A DNA stretch of 60,000 nucleotides, taken from Vicugna vicugna. Its lineage: Eukaryota. The notes under the pieces were generated by a model. It saw only the letters and a program-made list of their open reading frames with translations. It ran no database searches and was not told the DNA's origin. The DNA is taken from the NCBI GenBank assembly GCA_013265495.1, contig MU058233.1, forward strand, positions 409,038-469,037, written 5' to 3'. This document shows, in pieces, positions 48,996 through 60,000 of this stretch. Position 1 is the first letter of the stretch, and each line of letters starts with the position of its first letter. The translations under genes were made by a program, and so were the position numbers.

Positions 48996-49643
48996 GTCCG
49001 TCGACAGACGACTGGATAATGAAGATGTGGTATACATACACAATGGAATACTACTCAGCCATAAAAAAGACTAAAATGCTGCCATTTGTAGTAACATGGA
49101 TGGACCTGGAGATTGTCATTCCAAGTGAAGTAAGTCAGAAAGAGAAAAATACCATTTGATATCACTCATGTGGAATGTTGAAAGAAAGGAAGAAAGAAAG
49201 GAAGAGAGAGAGAGAAAGAGAGAGAGAAAGAGAAAGAAAGAAAGAGAGAGAAAGAAAAAAGAAAGAAAGAAAGAAAGGAAGGAAGGAAGGAAGGAAGGAA
49301 GGAAGGAAGAAAGAAGACACTAATGAACTCATCTACGAAACAGAAACTAGACTCGCAGACTTAATAGGCAATCTTATGGTTACCAGGGGAAAGGGCGTGG
49401 GAAGGGATAAATTTTGGAGTTTGAGATTTGCAGATGTTAATCATTATCTATAAAAGCCAAATGTCTTCTGTACAGCACAGGGAACTATATTCAATGTCTT
49501 GTAATAACATTTAATGAAAAAGAATATGAAACAAGTATATGTATGTATGTGCATGACTGGAACATTGTGCTGTGCCCCAGAAACTCCCATATTGTAAATG
49601 ACTATACTTCTAAAAAAAAAAAAAAAGATACGGGGGAGAGAAA
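48996..49643 (+). mobile_element. 5'-truncated camelid L1 with TSD
   Basis: ORF2 end (gaagatgtggtatacatacacaatggaatactactcagccataaaaaag), 3'UTR and polyA. TSD aagacaatgcgtgtcag (48979-48995) / aagacaatgtgtgttag (49644-49660). Confidence 0.92.
49180..49315 (+). repeat. (GAAA)n/(GA)n/(GGAA)n compound microsatellite
   Basis: Pure purine tract inside the L1 3'UTR. Confidence 0.95.
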
Positions 49644-50397
49644 AAGACAATGTGTGTTAGACCCCGGCCTATGGTACAGGCCATTTAGGGGCTGCTCCTT
49701 TGTTTTCGTTCTGCCCCTGACCCTTGAAGTCACAGCCACATCTCAGGGTGCACGACCCTAGGATGGCCATACAAGTCCATGCTGCCTGCAGCTCTCCAGC
49801 CGTGGCGTCATCCCAGGCAGGCCACCAAAGCGTGAGACAGCAAAGAAGCAGGTTTAGAAAGGGGTTGCAAGGCGGGTGCAGAGCTGGTGACAACACGATG
49901 GGGAGTGGTGGGGACTGCGACAAGTCAGAACAGGAGCCCACGTGGAGGGGCAGCTGTGCCCAGGCAGCCCCAGCTGACCGTCTCCCTGCAGGAGTGGGAG
50001 CCAGCGCGACTACGTCTTCCGGTCCTTTGAGAGAAGCTGAAAGCCTCTATCTGGGGGGGATGATCCCCATTTTAGAAACGTTCTGCTGGCCCAATGAAAC
50101 GCGTCTGTGGTTCGGATGTGGCCTGAGAGGCCCTAGAGTGTGACTTCTGTGTCAGAGTCCAGGTGGCGTGTGGGTTCCACGTCAGCACTGACCACACTGT
50201 GCGTGGAGGGCCGGGCGCCACTCAGTTTCTTTGTGTGTCAAAAGGAGGTGTCGTCCCCGGCAAGGCAGCTGTAGGATGACAATGACGGGCCAAGAAATGG
50301 GGCCCGGCACACAGGTGCTCAATAAATCAACTGGCGTTTGAGGGCGTGGCCCTGGATCTAGGAAGCCTGGGTTTGGAACCCACGTATAGTCCTGGGT

Positions 50398-50850
50398 TGT
50401 GGGGAGATTCTATCCAAAATGGCCAACCCTATATTTTTCAGCCCCACCTGCTCTTCCAGAACCTTCCCTCACCCCTCCACACTGTGGGGTGGAGCCTAAC
50501 CCCTCCCTTTGGAACTGGATGGGCCCAGCTTCTGCCTTGTGAGCAGAGTGGTCAGAAGGGACACCTCCACCTTCTGAGGCGTGGCCGTCAGGGGCCAGAG
50601 CCTCCACCTGGCTTTTTCCTCTGTGCTCTGGACACTTGCTCCTGGAACCGGCCACCGCCCTGTGGGGATGCCCAAGGCCACACGGTGGCACAAGACCCAC
50701 CAGACCCGGGAGATGACCTCAGCCCTGGGTCTTGCCGAGCGGAGCAGAGACCAGCTGTCCCCACCAAGTCCTGCCAAACCGCAGATTCACAATAAAACTT
50801 AAAGCCATCGTAGCTGTGTGCCACTTAGTTTGGGGGTGGCTCTCACTCAG
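50398..50850 (+). mobile_element. MaLR LTR (MLT1F/G/H-like)
   Basis: tgtggggaga...aaaatggcc...gtggagcct...ccctttggaactgg...gctgtccccaccaagtcctgccaaaccgcagattcac...ccacttagtttggg. Confidence 0.65.
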
Positions 50851-50991
50851 CCATAGGTTGCTGAGAAATGTCTCCTCACCCAGGGACCTTGGAGCCGCTA
50901 GAGCCTCTGCGCACGTTTCCACGTCTGTAATTACAGGAAATGAGGTGCTGCCCTGCACGGGTGCCGCGAGGATTAAGCACGTGCACGTAGT

Positions 50992-51125
50992 GTGCCGGGT
51001 TGAATAGTGTCCCCGGCATGCGTGCCCCCCACCTGCATTTCAGAATGTGGCTTTATTTGGAAATGGGGTCTTTGCAGATGTAAGAGGGTGGGCCCTGAGT
51101 CCAATGACTGGTGTCCTTACAAGAG
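50992..51125 (+). mobile_element. MLT1A/B-type LTR 5' fragment
   Basis: gggttgaatagtgtcccc...cagaatgtggctttatttggaaatggggtctttgcagatgtaa...tgactggtgtccttacaaga. Confidence 0.75.
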
Positions 51126-51884
51126 GGGCGAGGTCGCAGCAGCCCCAACACCCTTCTCGTCTAGAGGAGGAGGAAGCATTCGCCGTGGCTCACCCTGCAC
51201 CTGCCAGAACCCTGCCGCTGGATCGCAGCTGGGGCGAGACGTTAGCTTTAAAGCGACAATAAAATAGACTTGCACTCGCTGCAGGTCCGCAGGCTCCTAG
51301 CTGCACTCCTGGGATGGAATCTCCCAGACAGCGTGTTCTCCTCGTAGACAGGGCTGTCCTGGTGCTGAGCTGGCACAAAACGCCAGCTCCCAGGGCCTGG
51401 CGGCTGAGGGAGGAGGCCCAGCCCCCGCCCCGCCCCCGAACACGCACTGCCGCTGCGGTCTCCCCAGATGCCTGGTACAGAGCCCAGGTCCCAGTGGGAA
51501 GCTTAGCCACTCGGCTGGGCGGCCCCATCACTGCTGGGGGCCCCCAGGCCTCTGCTCCCCGGGTTGCCTGGGCGGTGGGGGGGTTGGCCTCAGCATTTGC
51601 AGGCCTTCAACCACCACCTGCATTTCCAGATTCGGCAGCTCAGGGGCCCGCCGTGGGGAGAGGGTGCCAGGCGGGGCCTGAAGCAGGGTTGGGCTGCAGC
51701 TGCTCCGAGGTCGGCCTCTGAGCCTTGGCTTCCTCCCCGCCTTCGGGGAGTTTTGCCAAAGGCATTGAAGCCTGGAGCCTGGCCTCCCACCTGCCCCCAC
51801 CCCTCCAGAACAGAGCAGAGGTGTTCACGCCAAGCCGAGGCAAAGGCCCCAGGAAGCCAGGGAGCCTGTCCTCGGGCCTGTCCG

Positions 51885-52260
51885 TGAGTGTGCAGGCCTG
51901 CTGCCCGGACACGCCTGTGGACACAGCACTTGGGCTGTGCACGCAGAGATGGGTGTGTGTCTGTGGGGTCACATGTGTATGCCCCTGCTTGTGGACACAG
52001 GAGCCCGTGTGCCTTGGCTTCCCTTTATGCCTGTGAGGCTGGAGTCCAACGTGCACGTCTGGGCGCCCAGATTTGTTTGTGTCTGGAAATATGTGTCTGG
52101 ACCTGCAGCTGTGCTTGGGTAGGCACGAGTGTGTGTGTGTGCGTTCGCACATGCATGAGGGTCTGATCGGGGGCTGTGTGCAGACGTGCTCGTGTTTACC
52201 TCGTGCACGTGTGGATCTGTGTGTGTCCCCCCATGGGCACGGGTGTGCTTGTGGCATGTG
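51885..52260. repeat. TG-rich low-complexity tract
   Basis: Dispersed tgtgtg/gcacgtgt units. Confidence 0.7.
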
Positions 52261-53959
52261 CAGGATGGGGTGGGGGGACTCTGAGAGGGTGCGCCTGTCT
52301 AGCCAGGTCTTCCAAGGCCGCGAGGCTGTCCTGCTTTGCTGTCAGAAGCTGATGTCAGGGCCCAGCCTGGGCACACTCTTCTGCTCACTCCCAGGAATCC
52401 CAGGCTGAGCGCTACCCACCCAGGGCAGAGGTTTAGGTGGGGGTGGGGAGGTGGCCCCAGCTTATGCTACGCAACACACCCCCAGAGGCCAGCACCAGGG
52501 CCTCCCCGGGCAGAGGTCCCCGAGCTCCCCAGGCATCTCTGCCCCAGGCTCCAGCTGGAGGAGGAGCAGAGAGGAAACCAAAAATCCTCCAGAGGAATGG
52601 AGACAGGAGTGTGAGAACAACTTCCCAAGGGCTCCCCTCCCTGGCAGCGGCCCCCAGTCCCCGCTGGCCCAGCCTGCCTCCTCCTGCCTCCTCCCGGGCC
52701 CCAGCCCTGCCCCAGCCCCAGGCTGGAGGTGATGGAAGCCGCTTCACCGCTCGGACACTCCCCATTACAAGCTTCCCTGAGGCGGAGTTTGAGGTCTTCA
52801 TGCTGTCCCTACAGGGGTAGCCTTGCCATTAACAGTAACAGGGATTTGCCCAACCAAGGAGGGGCTGGCCGGGAGCTGGGGGCAGGGAGCAGAGCGAGCC
52901 CCTAGGCCTTTGGGCTGAGTCAGGGAGGCTGCTGCAAAGCAAAGGGGGGCGTGAGGGGGCGGCTCTAGGAAAACACTGAAAACAAAAGACTTGCTAATTC
53001 TGCTTCCTAATGGCTGTGTGGTCATGAGACCCAGGCCCTGGGCAGACGGGCCTTCCCTGAGGTCTGAGGCAGGGGTCCAGCTCTAGCAGAGTGGGGCATC
53101 GGATGGGGGGCTTCCGGAAGCTGTGTGTGAGATCATGGGGACACCTCCATCTGCCCTCTTTCCCCATAATGACTCCAGTGCCCCTCAAAGGTGGCTTGGA
53201 CCCCAACCCTAAGGCCAGGTTTCAAGATGACTTTCTGAGAGCACTGTCCCCAGATCTGTCCAGGCTTCTCCCACAAAGGTGTAAGGATGCTGAATGGTCC
53301 TTCCTGGGGTGGGCTGGCGTGTGGCTGGTCAACATAGGACTCACCCTACTGCCCAGTCCGTCCTCCGTCCTCAGCCGCCTTGCTGTGCGGGAAATGTCTT
53401 GATAGCCGCACCTCCCAGTCTCCCTGTCCACTGGCTTCTGCACTGGCCGGCCGGCCGGCCACTGTGGTGTCCCCTCCCAGGTCCCCAGCTCTCGCTGGCT
53501 CACGTCACAAGGGCTCGCGGGCGTTCCCTCAGGGGCGAGGCTTCCCGCTCTTGCCAGTCTCTGGGTGTCTCAGCAGCCCCTTAGCCTTGCCCGCAGTTCT
53601 GTCTGTAAACATCTCTTTATCGAGTTTCTTGATTTGAATTCTGTTTCCTGATGGTAGTGCGAATGATGTGGGCAGAAACCCCGCAGTCTCCACCGCAGTC
53701 TGGGGAGGGTCACAGGCGGCGGGAACCGGAGATGGGACGTCGTCATGTGGGTCCGCTCCCCGGACCCAAGCAGACGTGCCCCTTCCCTCACCAGCGCCAG
53801 CGTCACCCCAGATGTGGCATCCCCAGGCCCACACCCCCATCCCGTGCACTGAGCGCCAGTCTGTTGTCTGGGGGATCAGAAGCCAAGGTCCCCACCCTCA
53901 GGGAGCTTACAATGTCTGGCAGAGAACGAACAAGCCTCCGTGCGGAAGTACAGCCCTTG

Positions 53960-54290
53960 CAGGCCGGCTACGAAGTCTGCGAGGTCTAGTGCAAAAATGG
54001 AAGGGCGTAGCCCCCTGCTGAAAACTCAGGGAAAAAGTGTCCTTTAAGCACTAAAACTACAGCTTTTTTCTTTCCTCTGCTCTACTCTCTTGCTAACTGT
54101 CAAAGTGTTTTTCATTTGATATTTAACGTCATTCTAACCAAATAACAATTTGACCCCGTTAGTATGAATTTTGCCGTTCGTTTTTACATCGTGTGATGCA
54201 CGTGCCAGAGCGCGTAACCCACGTGCCGTGTCAGCAGCAGCACGTGGTGTGCGCGGTGTGGCTCGTCCCAGAAGAGAACACACAGCCTAG
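53960..54290 (+). mobile_element. hAT-Tip100 DNA transposon relic (MER45B-like)
   Basis: agtgcaaaaatg...cagggaaaaagtg...actaaaa...gctttttc...atttaacgtcattctaa...tagtatgaatttt. Confidence 0.6.
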
Positions 54291-55149
54291 ACCAAGGGAA
54301 GTTGGAGGAGGAGGAGGGACTGGGGACGTCAGGGGAGGGCAGAGGGGGTGGGCAGCCCAGACACCAGGGGAGGCAACTCCTGACCCACTGAGGCAGGAAG
54401 GGCCCACAGTGGCCACACATCAGGACACTAGTTGAGCTGACCACGTCTTGTAGTTGGGGACACGAGATGCTCCCCTGCTCCTGCCCGCTCCACCAGAGAG
54501 ACCCTGTGATGCCAAGGGCAGCAGGCGGGCATCTGCAGGGCACCAGGGCCCAGGTGGCAGAGGCTCCAGGCTCCCAGTGGGGTCAGGTCTCCTGGCCTGG
54601 AAGAGCCTGAGGAACACATGAGAGGTCGCTGCTACCCATGTGGGCGATCAAGAGGTGGCCTGGAACAGGAGTGGCCCCGAAGCCTGGTCCTCTGGGGTCA
54701 GAACAAGATGGAGGCAGATCCCACACCCTGCAGACCCAGGACCTCGCACCCTCATGTTCTGGATTCTGGATTATTTAATGGTGGGTGGGTGTTTCGTGAA
54801 ATGGGGAGTGGCTCCTGTGCTCCAGCAAGTCCCCATTTTGCGAGAACAGGTGGGGTGAGGGGCAGCACCTGTCTCCTCCCACTGGTCACCTGACAAGTCC
54901 CGCTGCACAGGGCCCACCTCTGGTACCCAGACGCCCCTGAGCCAGGCTTCAGAGCAGAGCAGAAGCTGTGTCCGTAGCAGCCGTGGGCAGCAAGCAGCTA
55001 ACTCAGAAGGAGCACACCGGAAGTCCTCCCAAGGTGTTCAGGACAGGTCCCTGCCAGCTCCGGGGAGGCGACCTCTGAGCCCAGGGGAGGTCCGGCCTGA
55101 TAAGAGTGTCTCTGTTTACCTGGGGCCGCGGGCAGCCAGACTGTCTCTG

Positions 55150-55600
55150 CTGCAATGTGATTTATGGCCAGGTCTTTGGCCACACGGCATCGGCTTGACC
55201 TCTGGAGCGGCAGGAGGCTCAGGTCAGCCGCGTGGGCAGGCAGCTATGTCTACGTGACCAAACCCAACGAGAACTCTAGACCCTGAGGCTGGGTGACCCT
55301 CCCTGGCTGGCGACACTGCGCTCACTGTCACGCATCGCTGCTGGGAGGATCTCGCGCTGCCCCTGCGACTTCCCGGGCAGGAGATGACTGGAAGCCCAGC
55401 CTGGGTTCCCTTGGACTTGGTCCTCTGCGTTTCTTCCTTTTGCAGATTCTAACCTGGACCCTGTGCTGGAATCACCTGTAACCCTGAGCATAACAGTTTT
55501 CCTGAGTCCTGTGAGTCCCAGCAAATCATCAAACCTGAGGGTGATCTTGGGGCCCCCTAAACTTGCAGGGGGTGTTAGAAGCAAGGCTGCCTTGGGGACC
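55150..55600 (+). mobile_element. MER21C-like ERVL LTR fragment
   Basis: ctacgtgacc...gacactgc...gtaaccctgagcataacag...ctgagtcctgtgagtcc...caaatcatcaaacctgagggtgatcttgggg. Confidence 0.7.
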
Positions 55601-56180
55601 CCACGCAAGCAGGAAATGCTGTTCCTGGTGTCGGCACTCAAAGCCAGCAGGGGGGGCAGCAGAGGGCTCTACCCTCAAAGGCAGCCACGGTCACCCCTCG
55701 CTCCCTGTCCCCTGGCACAGAGAACATGTCACACTCTGGCCTCTGACCAACCTGCTTGTCTTCTGCACCTGTGAGCTAACCAGTATCCTTTGCACTAAAC
55801 TTACTTCCTGCAAAGATCATGCAGAGTCCATTTCTGCTGCTCCAAACCCAGAATGCTGACTAACCCAAAGGGTGGCATGCTCGCTGGGACCCAAGATGGG
55901 CGGCCGAGAAGGCCCCTGTCACGCCAACTGCGACTCCACCTGGAGACCAGGGCGCGAGCAGGTGTGCAGCCCCCGAGTGGGGGCAGGTGCGCCACAGCAG
56001 CGATCAGCACGCAGGTGAGGCAGCTGGTCTCGCTCTTTGAGGTGGGAGGAGGGACAGACGGAAAGTCAAGAATGTGGGTGCACAGACCCACGAGGAAATA
56101 GCTGTGACTGTTTCGTGACGGTAATTCCTAAAAGTGAAACCACCAGGTCAGAAGGGTCTGAGCCATTATAAAACTGCTCC

Positions 56181-56954
56181 CCAAAAAGGGAGCCCTCCTA
56201 CACTGCTGGTGGGAATGCAGTTTGGTGCAGCCACAGTGGAAAACAGTATGGAGATGCCTCAAGAAACTAAAAATAGACTTACCCGATGATCCAGCAATCC
56301 CATTCCTGGGCACATATCCAGAGGAAACCATAATTCAAAAAGACAGCTGTACCCCGGTGTTCACAGCAGCAATATTTACAATAGCCAAGACATGGAAACA
56401 GCCTAAATGTCCATCAACAGATGACTGAATAAGAAGTTGTGGTATATTTATATAATGGAATACTACTCAGCCATAAAAAAGAGTAGAATAATGCCACTTG
56501 CAGCAACATGGGTGGATCTAGACATCGTCATTCTAAGTCAAGTAAGCCAGAAAGAGAAAGGCAAATACCATATGAGATCACTTATATGTGGGATCTAAAA
56601 AAAAAGAAAAAAGTAAAAAGGACACTATGAACTCATCTACAAAACAGAAACAGACTCGCAGGCATAGTAAACAGTCTTACGGTTACCGGGGAAAGGAGGT
56701 GGGAAGGGATATAATTTGAGATTTGCAAGTGTTAACCACTATATATAAAAGTAGATTAAAAGAATTTTTTTCTGTACAGCACAGGGAACTATATTCAGTA
56801 CCTTGTAATAACCTTTAATGCAAAAGACTATGAAAACAAATACATGTATATGTGTGTGTGTGTGTGAGAGAGAGATACTGGGATGTTGTGCTGTACCCCA
56901 GAAACTGACACATTTGTACCTGACTATACTTCAACTAAAAAATTAAAAAATAAC
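56181..56954 (+). mobile_element. 5'-truncated camelid L1 (ORF2 C-terminus pseudo-CDS and 3'UTR) with TSD
   Basis: Translation [29 protein letters not shown]...FTIAKTWKQPKCPSTDD* is the L1 ORF2p C-terminus with a premature stop. TSD aaaactgctcc (56170-56180 / 56955-56965). Confidence 0.95.
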
Positions 56955-58858
56955 AAAACTGCTCCTAAGAAGGGCCATTTCCATGTGATGAATCGGCTGA
57001 CTTCCGTGCTGCGGCCCTGTGCTAGTGCTGGAGACCCAAGCTGACCGCCGACCAGAGCAGCCTATTCTCCCAGTCACCGAGCCGTACTTGCTCAGATATG
57101 TGTGTCTGTTTCTTCACCCTCCGGAGGCCCCAGGGGAGGAATAAGGCAACATCCTGAGGTCCTGGTGGACGTGAATTTGGGGGGAAGCTATTCCACCCAG
57201 CACATTGTCTCCCAAAATAAAAACCAAAACTGATTCGCGGCCTGGAAGGCCTGCGCCCTCAGCCTTCCACCTTCCCTGCTGTGCTCCGGCCACGCGTCCC
57301 CTCGAGGTGTGGCCAACACTCCCGCTCTGTGTCCGCGGGCCTTTGCACTGCCTGTTCCCTCTGCCCTCTGCCTTCCTGACACCACCCCCACCAAATTTCT
57401 GGGGCTCACCCCTCACGTAAATCTAATATCACCTTCCCTGGTCACCAGTGAAACATGGCAAGCCAGCATCACTGGCCACCGCATGGCACACGACGCGGCT
57501 TCACGAGGCCACACGTCCCTCTGACGGCTTTGTCCTCTGCAAGGATGGCACCCCCAGGGCAGGGCTTTATCTCTGCTCGCTGGGGCACCAAGCGTCCGAG
57601 GCGCGACTGGCACGTGGCAGGGCCAAATCAAGTCCTAAGAGAGGGCTCAAGGGCCTGTGTGGAGGGGCTGAGGCCTCCGGGCCAAGCGGGTAGCTGGCAG
57701 GTCCCCCAGAGGACACCCAGCAGCCTGGCTCCTGACCACCTGGCCCAGCACGGGCCTCTCCGCACGCCAGGCCACAGGAGGATGGCTGATTTAATTGAAT
57801 TCCAGAATTTCTGCAATAAGCCAGGAAATTTATACCTGCAATTTGCGGGGCTGAGCTGAGCCGGCAGACGCCTCAGGCCTTGTTACGCACCAAACGGGAG
57901 GATTTACTGGGGCCAAAGGCACTGTGGATCTGGCTTGGCTCCAGCCAGCCAGGTGGCCCTGGGTGGCTGGGCTGCAGGCTCGAGGTGCCCGCTCAGCCCT
58001 GCCCGGCCCCAGCCCCAGCAGGCCTCAGAGGCAGGGCAAGCGTGTGGCCAGTCTTGGCCATGCTCTCGGGCCTGGACCTTGGCCTGCATGAGAAGGGGTT
58101 AGGGAAACACCTGTCCTGCTGCTCAGCTATTCCAGGTTCATCCAAGGGACTGAGTGGGGGACGCACGTGCCGACTGGCCGGGCCCAGCCAGAGCAGGGCT
58201 CAGGCTGCAGAGGGACAGGCATCCCCAGACGGACGCGTCGGAGCCCCAGGTGGGGGCTCATGGCAGCTGTGAGGCCAGTGCCCTGGACTGGACGCTCTCT
58301 CCCAGCTCCTGGGCCCAGGAGGCCCGGATTCTCAGCCTCCAGCCACCCAGGGAAGAGCGCTGGATAGAGGGGACAGCCAGCGCAAAGCCCTGAGGCAGCC
58401 CCGTGGCCGGAGCACGGGGTGGTGGGGGCCGAGGAGGCCGAGAGAGAGCACGGCCCCCTAGGCCAATTACGAAGAGTGGTTTTATTCTAGGAGAGGGCGT
58501 ACTGGGTGAACGGCGCCCCAGAGCTGCCCGCTTTCTGACCCCCGACTTCACCAGGCCCACAGACCCACACAGGATCCAGGGTCCAGAGACCCTTGGGTCT
58601 CTGCTTTCTCCCGGCGGGAGACAGGGGGCTGGGCAGGTCCCCCTGGGGAGCAGGTAGTGCAGGAAGAGGGGGGACTGCTCGGAAAAGAGGGAAGCCTGCT
58701 GAGACCAGTACCAGGGCTCGCCTTTTCCTGCTCAGAGGCCCAAGGCAGCGGACAGGGGTGTGCGGGGTGAGGGCATCAGTCCCAGGCACGGAGGGGGCCC
58801 TGAGGGGTAGCTGCCCTCGGCATGGACGGCCCAGGGAGGAGAGCCACTTATCTGGAAA

Positions 58859-59381
58859 TGTAATAGAAAGGAGCAAACCTGTCTCCGCGTTAGACCTGTT
58901 CCTTTGACTTTAACCCTGGGCTCTGTTTCCTGGGCTGAGTCACGCGGATCCCACACTTTCTGTAAACGAAGGTTGCCTAGAGCCTGAAACTCGCAGGAGA
59001 GCCCCTTCTCAAGGCTCTGGCCTTTAAGGATGCAACACTTTGCCATTCATGTAAAGATAAGAAGTCACAGAACAGGGAATAACACTTGTCTTGTTGGAGG
59101 TTTGCAGGAACATCGTGACCTGACCTACGGGGACAGGTGCAAGGACAAAGGATTCCGGCACCAGGAAGTCTGCAACCACCAACCACACCCCTCCCCTTTT
59201 TCGGATAAAAGGAGCCTGAATTCTGACTTGAGGAAGATGGGTCTTTCTCCAGGACACTAGTCCCCCATCCTCCCCATCTGCTGGCTTTCCCAGTAAAGCC
59301 GCCATTCCTTGCCCCAGCGCCTTGTCTCGCGATTTACTGGCCTGTCGTGCGGCGAGCAGAGCGAGTTTGGACTCCGTGGCA
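58859..59381 (+). mobile_element. ERV1 solo LTR (MER34/MER39-like)
   Basis: TG...CA ends. tgtaatagaaaggagcaaa...ataaaaggagcctgaattct...ctggctttccc...gcggcgagcagagcgagtttggactc. Confidence 0.75.
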
Positions 59382-60000
59382 GAGTCGGTGTGGCTGTTTG
59401 GGGCTTTCTGGGTTATGGCTTTGTAAAGAAAATTCTGGGTCCGTGTAGGAGCACATGTGAACGTGTGTGACACATGCATGGAGTGCGTAAGTGAGTGTGA
59501 ACGGTGGGTGCAGTGTGTGACGACATAGTCTGCCTGGGGTGGGCCAAGATGACAATGTTGCTGAAGTTCGGGACAAAAGAATCGATTAAATGTCCCCCCC
59601 AGGCTGCGGGGTGGGGCCGCCCATATGTGGTGGCTGCAAAGATGGCCAGGAGGCGCCCCGCACCTGGTGCCCCTCGACAGGTGACTGTCTTCCCATCTAG
59701 GGGGAAGGGAAGGAGGAAGGGCTACTCCCCCCACCGCTGATCCAAGGCTGGCCTGTGTCCCACCCTGACCAGCAGGATTGGGGTGTATCATCACGTGAGC
59801 TCTGGGCCTGGACTGCGGGAGGCCCCAGCCTCCGCTCTCATCCCTGTGGAGCCCCAGGGGAGGCTGCCCTGAAGACCTGGGACCTGGGCTAGCCAGCCCT
59901 GAGAGAAAGGGGCCCCAGGCCTGGGGCGGCATGGGGTTTACAGCCCCCACGCCAGCACGGCTGAAGGTTCTCGGGGGGACGGGGGAGGTGGCTCCATGAT

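Noticed and set aside
49175..49453. Lys/Glu/Arg-rich ORF
   Set aside because: Translation of the GAAA/GGAA microsatellite within an L1 3'UTR.
51352..51369. REST/NRSE-like site (minus strand CTCAGCACC-A-GGACAGCC)
   Set aside because: The half-sites are separated by 1 nt instead of the canonical 2, so function is not supportable from sequence.
53444..53461. 18-bp palindrome TGGCCGGCCGGCCGGCCA
   Set aside because: A self-complementary (GGCC)n microsatellite with no further structure.
1..60000. Long ORFs in the six-frame track (e.g. 22908..23843, 22879..23700, 59024..59950, 33322..34062, 15516..16217)
   Set aside because: Pro/Gly/Arg/Ala/Ser-rich translations overlap on both strands, show no recognisable domain and often cross repeats. 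This is expected from stop-codon scarcity in GC-rich DNA.
1..60000. CRISPR array or prokaryotic-type system
   Set aside because: There is no regularly spaced repeat-spacer array or operon-like gene density, and the sequence is clearly mammalian.

Overview
This is GC-rich mammalian genomic DNA, most likely camelid (Camelus/Vicugna/Lama), judged from five tRNA-derived Vic-1-type SINEs and camelid-type L1 3' ends. I cannot support any protein-coding gene, RNA gene or CRISPR array. The ORF track reflects GC-rich and low-complexity chance ORFs plus L1 ORF2 remnants. The window reads as an intergenic or deep-intronic regulatory landscape: old repeats (MIR, L2, MaLR/ERVL LTRs, hAT MERs, L1M), younger L1/SINE/ERV1-LTR insertions, several AT-rich motif-dense islands that resemble conserved enhancers, and a few consensus CTCF sites. 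The most unusual structure is a ~0.7 kb inverted duplication (36727-37420 / 41508-42207). Its ~350 bp core is identical between arms while its edges are diverged, which points to arm-to-arm gene conversion. It encloses two back-to-back ERV1 LTRs and a possible spliced non-coding transcript ending at the duplicated LTR poly(A) signal. A strong local AT-to-GC substitution bias (likely GC-biased gene conversion) is visible in both old and young repeats. Repeat family names come from recalled consensus sequences, not a database search, and most boundaries are approximate.
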